A stretch of DNA of 38,441 nt from Verrucomicrobiota bacterium. Its GTDB lineage: Bacteria; Verrucomicrobiota; Verrucomicrobiia; Verrucomicrobiales; V1-33. Position numbers and translations under genes: made by a program. The stretch lies in NCBI GenBank assembly GCA_031414455.1, contig JANNVM010000545.1, forward strand, positions 1-38,441, written 5' to 3'. The notes under the pieces were generated by a model that was given only the letters and a program-made list of their open reading frames with translations, was not told where the DNA came from and did no database searches. The first letter of the stretch is position 1. The number at the start of each line of letters is the position of its first letter. Shown here in pieces: positions 34,501 through 38,441 of the stretch.

Positions 34501-34870
34501 CATAGACAGCGAGGCCGACGGCCTCACCGATGCATGGGAAATCCTCTATTTTGGAAATCTGGCCCAGACCGGCGGCGGTGATCCCGATGGCGACGGGCAA
34601 ACAAATGCGGCGGAACAGGCCGCGGGCACCGTCCCGAATGACGGCACCTCCGTCCTTGCCATTTCGCTCGCTGCCAGAGCCGGGAACCTCATGGATCTCA
34701 CCTTCAACAGTGTCCCCGGCAAAAAATACATCGCCCAATCCTCCGCGGGTTTGGCCGGCTGGACGGACCTTGGCGCCGCGGTCACCGCTGACTCGGGCAC
34801 CACCACGATTGCCGGTCTTCCGGACGGTGGAGCCGCGAAACAATACTTCCGGGTCCGGCTGGTGCCCTGA
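31505..34870 (+). CDS. Large secreted multi-domain protein (~1121 aa)
   Basis: Signal MNPSFPSARGAVPAAFLALAGAAFAQA/AP. The N-terminal module is INDNFAAATPL...NATVEAGEP...SVWFSYTP. It is a long Thr/Ala/Gly-rich, beta-rich sequence. The C-terminal part reads DSEADGLTDAWEILYFGNLAQTGGGDPDGDGQTNAAEQAAGTVPNDGTS, plus a terminal beta-sandwich-like ~70 aa ending KQYFRVRLVP. Confidence 0.85.
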   Translation: MNPSFPSARGAVPAAFLALAGAAFAQAPINDNFAAATPLVAGVVTSGTNVNATVEAGEPPTHWTNTSANGVATGKSVWFSYTPAESGLASFSIVAGGTGTTAVAMQGAAYNGTAPGNLIRIASASSTAGTAGAPGTAYPSNLFAVTAGGRMLIQITGNTAAGAAAFNVTVSTFGRTGSVVLPRYSNWEWLHTTTGADPTAAATWAATWKIAGDPTDYAVAPPAVKFSAPQPAPLGFAAMEGAPGVKSDIGTAAGTNNNAGYARTTFTLTNDTSNLWAEIAADDGAYIYIDDQPGVPVNIASRLSDGSFTTNTGFYDFRPQPDVFLTGAIPAAAAGAVPGCRAYVPVGFNAERNTKMIYVSGLVGQLSAGSHQIAVSIHQTGTASSDMAFDLQLLDMGAWPLANGSAGITFTSVPVVPGSATAAVVPAVEHHFAPTAGQADLAWYCVSPDSSTAQACVVPDTVSGLQNALRINAASDQRFVTEPVKVDGLSQFVTSLRIRTNDTSSGFEAPDGFRVFLETSGDGINFAEPAPPLEVQPQLNDDEAYTPFSAGFVTKALSVGPNPYKYVRMVITGTADSTSGSESIYFDDINFSLCQLLANTANLTYNNNGDNDRTNDTVSFELTVTGSGATALSWTTTGFGAGSEVSGTIGGPAVLVTRPAVDAAGASQNVVFTVADDGNPACFARVTVTTPAAAIGTIALTNPVRSPGADPASTADDTFTYSVLVNGTATGFDYEIRSSETGNATLYGTGIYGVSGTLTLPATVASLTIKDNSVPTLLKAVALPPPGADLAMGRTVLQGTSRILYSNPAAAAVFSKWTQASGTGITPPPADPGLTITETTTLLHPGTALAADEGVLESPVVDITGIPNVVVSASLRAFETSTGSGFEAADTFKIEVMEDRGAGETAVNLVTGYAADIAPANELLNGFTGTAADPYDSGPLRDEFNADGALAAGNSRGTFSFSYAVPANIIRLRVKVTGVNDSANEYFFLQNLTITDDPNIDSEADGLTDAWEILYFGNLAQTGGGDPDGDGQTNAAEQAAGTVPNDGTSVLAISLAARAGNLMDLTFNSVPGKKYIAQSSAGLAGWTDLGAAVTADSGTTTIAGLPDGGAAKQYFRVRLVP

Positions 34871-34875
34871 CAGAT

Positions 34876-34912
34876 CAGCGGGAACGATCCGCTGCCGGCC
34901 TGTTGTTTTGTT
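34876..34912 (+). terminator. Candidate intrinsic terminator after the large secreted protein gene
   Basis: The CAGCGG/CCGCTG stem (34876-34894, 7-nt loop) is followed after 6 nt by the T-rich TGTTGTTTTGTT. The stem is short and the geometry imperfect. Confidence 0.3.
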
Positions 34913-35110
34913 CCCGGTGGTGGCCGGCGAAAATACGGCTTGCGCCTTTTCGGCGCTGGCCCGAATCATGGCCGTTCAGAGATCGCCATTCCACAGGCAC
35001 GCCGTTTTGCAGCGAAGCAACGCCCGTCGGAGACCTGGCATCACTTCTGCTAAATGGCACGACCGTCCCCGCGAGCCGCCGTCATTAAACCCACCTGAAC
35101 TCACAAGGCC

Positions 35111-35488
35111 ATGGCCAAATCCACCGTTAAGAAATCGTCCGTTTCCGAGTCCGCTCCGCCGGCTCCGAAGAAAAAATCCGCGAGCACGAAAGCCGCCGCT
35201 CCAGCGGTGTCCGCCGTCGAAAAAGCCGTGAAGCGCCGCAAGGTGGCCTTCAGTCTCCGGGCACCGCAGGCCCGCGAGGCCGCTGTGGCCGGCAGTTTCA
35301 ACGACTGGCAGCCTCAGCCGCTCAAAGCCGTGCCAACGGATGGCAGCTTCTCCCTGACTTTACTTCTGCCTCCTGGCGCCTACGAATACCGGTTCGTCGT
35401 GGACGGAGAATGGTATAACGATGCCACTTGCCCTGAGTCGGTTCCCAATCCTTATGGTGCCTTCAATTCACTCGTCCGGGTGGCCTGA
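35111..35488 (+). CDS. Stand-alone glycogen-binding (CBM48 / AMPK-beta GBD-like) protein with Lys-rich N-terminal tail
   Basis: 125 aa. KVAFSLRAPQAREAAVAGSFNDWQPQPL...GSFSLTLLLPPGAYEYRFVVDGEWYND...PNPYG is the classic E-set/CBM48 pattern. The first ~45 residues are K/A/S/P-rich (KKSSVSESAPPAPKKKSASTKAAAP). It ends 9 nt before glgA. Confidence 0.85.
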   Translation: MAKSTVKKSSVSESAPPAPKKKSASTKAAAPAVSAVEKAVKRRKVAFSLRAPQAREAAVAGSFNDWQPQPLKAVPTDGSFSLTLLLPPGAYEYRFVVDGEWYNDATCPESVPNPYGAFNSLVRVA

Positions 35489-35497
35489 CGAACGACA

Positions 35498-37048
35498 ATG
35501 AGCACCGTATCCAGCCGCAAGACCCCACGCATTCTCATTGTCACGCCGGAGATAACGTACCTTCCGACCGGCATGGGCAACATGGCCGAGCGCATGTCCG
35601 CCAAGGCCGGCGGCCTCGCCGATGTTTCCGCCGCCCTCGTCTCGGCTCTTCATGACCAGCACGCCGATGTCCACGTGGCCCTGCCGAACTACCGGCGGAT
35701 GTTCAACATGGACGTCTTCACGCTCCACGATCAGGAACTCCAGCGCTACCAGCAAAAACTCCCGCGGGACCGCATTCATCTTGCGGAAGACCGCCTGTTC
35801 TACTACCGCGAGGAAGTTTACAGCGGCTACCGCGATGACTCTCTCCGTGTCGCTCTGACCTTCCAGCGGGAGGTCATCAACAACATCATCCCGCGCGTGC
35901 GTCCGGACCTCATTCACTGCAACGACTGGATGACCGGCCTCATCCCCGCCATGGCACGGCGACTCGGCATTCCGTGCCTTTTCACGGTTCACAATATTCA
36001 CACGCAGCGTGCGTCGGTCGCGGAGATGGAGGACATCGGCATTGATGCCGCTGGCTTCTGGACCAATCTCTACTTCGACCGCCGTCCCGAGTCGTATGAG
36101 GAAAGCCGCTCCGCCAATAAAGTGGACCTGCTCACCAGTGGCATCTTTGCCGCCCACTTCATCAACACCGTAAGCCCGCGATTCCTCGAAGAGATCACAT
36201 GGGGCTGGCACAATGTGGTGCCCGACAGCGTGCGCCGCGAACTTTCCGCCAAGGTCCATTCCGGGTGCGCCACGGGTATTCTCAATGCCCCCGACCCCTC
36301 CTACGACCCGCAATCGGACGAAATGCTCGCGCAGAGATTCGGCCCGGAGGATCACCCGGCAGGCAAGGCTGCGAACAAGCGCGCGTTCCAGAAAGCACTC
36401 GGCCTCGACGTGGATGAACGCGTGCCGCTGCTCTTCTGGCCGTCGCGCCTCGATCCCATCCAAAAGGGCCCTCAGCTCTTCTCCGACATCCTCTATCAGA
36501 CCATCTCTGACTACTGGGATCAGGGCCTCCAGGTAGCCGTGGTGGCCGATGGCCCGCACCAGAAGCACTTCCATGACATTGTCAGGCATCACCACCTCGA
36601 CGGACGCGTAGCCGTGGTGGATTTCGATGAAAAACTTTCGCATCTCGGATATGCAGCGTCTGATTTCATGGTCATGCCGTCGCTCTTCGAGCCCTGCGGA
36701 TTGCCCCAGATGATCAGCCCGCTCTACGGCACGCTGCCGATCGTTCACGCCACCGGCGGACTGCATGACACCGTGCGGCCGTTGAGTCTGGAGCGCAGTA
36801 CGGGCAACGGGTTCCGCTTCGATGTCTATGGCACCGGCGGATTGCGCTGGGCCATTGATGAGGCGCTGAAATTTTACGCGCTGCCTGCCGGCGTGCGCGC
36901 GGCACAAATCGCCCGCGTCATGCGCGAAAGCCCGGTCGAGTTCAGCCACGAAGCCGCGGCCAAGCGTTACATGGATATCTACGAAACCATGCTCGACCGG
37001 CCGCTCGTTTCCCGGGATCATGGTCCGGACGCATCGTCGCCCGCATGA
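35498..37048 (+). CDS. glgA: Glycogen (starch) synthase, GT5
   Basis: 516 aa with RILIVTPEITYL, SAKAGGLADV (K-x-GGL), NDWMTG and MPSLFEPCGLPQM. ATGA overlap with glgB. Confidence 0.95.
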   Translation: MSTVSSRKTPRILIVTPEITYLPTGMGNMAERMSAKAGGLADVSAALVSALHDQHADVHVALPNYRRMFNMDVFTLHDQELQRYQQKLPRDRIHLAEDRLFYYREEVYSGYRDDSLRVALTFQREVINNIIPRVRPDLIHCNDWMTGLIPAMARRLGIPCLFTVHNIHTQRASVAEMEDIGIDAAGFWTNLYFDRRPESYEESRSANKVDLLTSGIFAAHFINTVSPRFLEEITWGWHNVVPDSVRRELSAKVHSGCATGILNAPDPSYDPQSDEMLAQRFGPEDHPAGKAANKRAFQKALGLDVDERVPLLFWPSRLDPIQKGPQLFSDILYQTISDYWDQGLQVAVVADGPHQKHFHDIVRHHHLDGRVAVVDFDEKLSHLGYAASDFMVMPSLFEPCGLPQMISPLYGTLPIVHATGGLHDTVRPLSLERSTGNGFRFDVYGTGGLRWAIDEALKFYALPAGVRAAQIARVMRESPVEFSHEAAAKRYMDIYETMLDRPLVSRDHGPDASSPA

Positions 37049-38441
37049 ATCAACTCCTGCCTCCCACACGCAGCCGTTTTACTGACGACGGCTGGCTCTC
37101 TCCCTACTTTCCGGCTGTCGAGGCGCGGCGTGACCGCGCAGTTGCGGCGGTTCAGGACCTGACCGGAGGTGCGTCGTTGTGGGAGTGGTCGCAGGGGCAC
37201 AAATGGTTCGGTCTGCATCGCAAGCCTGACGACTCGTGGGTCTATCGCGACTGGGCTCCCAACGCGACCGGCCTCGTCCTGATCGGCGATTTTTCCGGCT
37301 GGGTGGAGTTCGATAAATTTCGCGCCGCGCGCGTGAACGAAAAAGGAGAGTGGGAACTGCGCCTGCCCGCCGGAGCGCTCGTCCACGGTCAGCACTATCA
37401 TGTCAAAATGGAATGGTCAGGCGGCAGCGGCGAACGGCTCCCGGCGTGGGGCCGCTTCATGCACCAGGATCCGCTAACGCTGAAGTTTTCCGGCCGCGTG
37501 TGGGCACCGCCGGCCGATTACGAATGGCAGCACTCCGCGCCGCCGCCGCCGCCGTTTGTCAAAATCTACGAAGCCCATCCCGGTATGGCGCTGGAAGTGC
37601 CTCGCGTCGGCACATGGACGGAGTTCCGCGATCAGATGCTCCCGCGCATCGTCGCGGCGGGCTACAACACCATCCAGCTCATGGCCGTGATGGAGCATCC
37701 CTACTACGGATCGTTCGGCTATCATGCCGGCTCGTTCTTCGCGCCGTCGTCGCGCTTCGGCACGCCGGAGGAATTGAAGGCCCTTGTGGATGCCGCGCAC
37801 GGGCTGGGCCTGCGTGTCATCATGGACCTCGTGCATTCGCACGCGGTGAAAAACGAAATGGAAGGCATCTCCTGCTACGACGGCTCGCTCTGGCAGTTTT
37901 TCCACGGCGGCCCGCGCGGCGAACACAGCGCATGGGATTCGCGCTGCTTCGATTACGCGAAGCTCCCCGTGCAGCATTTCCTGCTCTCCAATCTCCGCTA
38001 CTGGCTGGAGGAATTCCGCTTCGACGGCTTCCGCTTCGACGGCGTCACGTCCATGCTCTATCGCGACCACGGGCTCGGCAAACCCTTCAGCAGCTACGAT
38101 GACTACTTCAGCGACAACGTGGATGAAGAAGCCGTCACCTACCTCGCGCTCGCCAACATCCTCATCCACGAAGCCCGGCCCGGCGCCATCACCGTGGCTG
38201 AAGATGTCAGCGGATTTCCCGGGCTCGGCGCCCCGGTGGAGGAGGGCGGTGTCGGCTTCGACTATCGTCTCGCCATGGGCATGCCGGACTGCTGGTTCAA
38301 ACTCGCGAAGGACATTCGCGACGAGGACTGGAGCATGGCGTGGCTGTGGCACGAACTAACGAATCACCGTGGCGAAGAGCGCGCCATCTCCTACGTCGAA
38401 AGCCATGACCAGGCGATGGTCGGCGGCAAGTCGTTCATCTT
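37045..38441 (+). CDS. glgB: 1,4-alpha-glucan branching enzyme, eukaryote-like GH13_8 type (3' end outside window)
   Basis: Not in the supplied ORF track because it has no stop inside the window. I translated frame 1 from ATG 37045 by hand. It reads MNQLLPPTRSRF..WVYRDWAPNATGLVLIGDFSGW, KIYEAHPGMA and YYGSFGYHAGSFFAPSSRFGTPEELKALVDAAHGLGLRVIMDLVHSHAVKN. It continues with FRFDGFRFDGVTSMLY, ITVAEDVSGFPGL and YVESHDQAMVGGKSFI up to the last base. Confidence 0.9.
   Translation, partial: MNQLLPPTRSRFTDDGWLSPYFPAVEARRDRAVAAVQDLTGGASLWEWSQGHKWFGLHRKPDDSWVYRDWAPNATGLVLIGDFSGWVEFDKFRAARVNEKGEWELRLPAGALVHGQHYHVKMEWSGGSGERLPAWGRFMHQDPLTLKFSGRVWAPPADYEWQHSAPPPPPFVKIYEAHPGMALEVPRVGTWTEFRDQMLPRIVAAGYNTIQLMAVMEHPYYGSFGYHAGSFFAPSSRFGTPEELKALVDAAHGLGLRVIMDLVHSHAVKNEMEGISCYDGSLWQFFHGGPRGEHSAWDSRCFDYAKLPVQHFLLSNLRYWLEEFRFDGFRFDGVTSMLYRDHGLGKPFSSYDDYFSDNVDEEAVTYLALANILIHEARPGAITVAEDVSGFPGLGAPVEEGGVGFDYRLAMGMPDCWFKLAKDIRDEDWSMAWLWHELTNHRGEERAISYVESHDQAMVGGKSFI

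Noticed and set aside
35468-37069. 533-aa minus-strand ORF. Similar long antisense ORFs occur at 485-1270, 3427-4602, 7241-8158, 11509-12312, 25305-26150, 31730-32818, 33716-34969 and 37474-38352.
   Set aside because: All are mirror-frame shadows of confidently identified plus- or minus-strand genes in high-GC DNA. They are Arg/Gly/Pro-rich with no family resemblance.
37350-38102. 250-aa plus-strand ORF (MGTAPARRSARPRS...)
   Set aside because: It is the wrong frame of glgB. Frame 1 from 37045 gives unmistakable GH13 motifs.

Overview
High-GC bacterial chromosomal window. Spot counts of single 60-nt lines give about 65-78% GC in most genes. Protein idioms suggest the PVC superphylum, most likely Verrucomicrobiota; this is inference, with no search run. 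Those idioms are an SHD1 domain, a PEP-CTERM anchor, tailed ECF sigma factors, and a 'DGLTDAWE..YFG..DPDGDG' C-terminal module.

Left flank (1-5.9 kb) is housekeeping: a beta-helix protein fragment, a Tat-type alpha/beta hydrolase, glpK, sufS-sufU and ndk.

The centre (6.45-24.7 kb) is the unusual part. It is a same-strand array of five ECF sigma factors, each fused through a transmembrane segment to a large C-terminal domain. Four of the five are followed by a signal-anchored protein built from the same Trp-anchored helical repeat, and three of those pairs have ATGA start/stop overlaps. One sigma+partner module is present twice (about 3.4 kb each) with strongly mosaic divergence. A position-locked leader motif recurs at module junctions, including decayed and orphan copies. 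One sigma gene sits in a patch of about 50% GC.

Right flank: an SHD1-esterase, a truncated ECF sigma pseudogene, a low-GC scar, tsaB, and an AlgJ/AlgX-like membrane protein. A glycogen cluster follows, with amylo-alpha-1,6-glucosidase, a stand-alone CBM48 protein, glgA and a eukaryote-type GH13_8 glgB. That glgB runs off the window and is absent from the supplied ORF track. The glycogen cluster is split by a 1121-aa secreted protein.

I found no rRNA, tRNA or CRISPR array. All family calls are by-eye motif recognition, not database hits.
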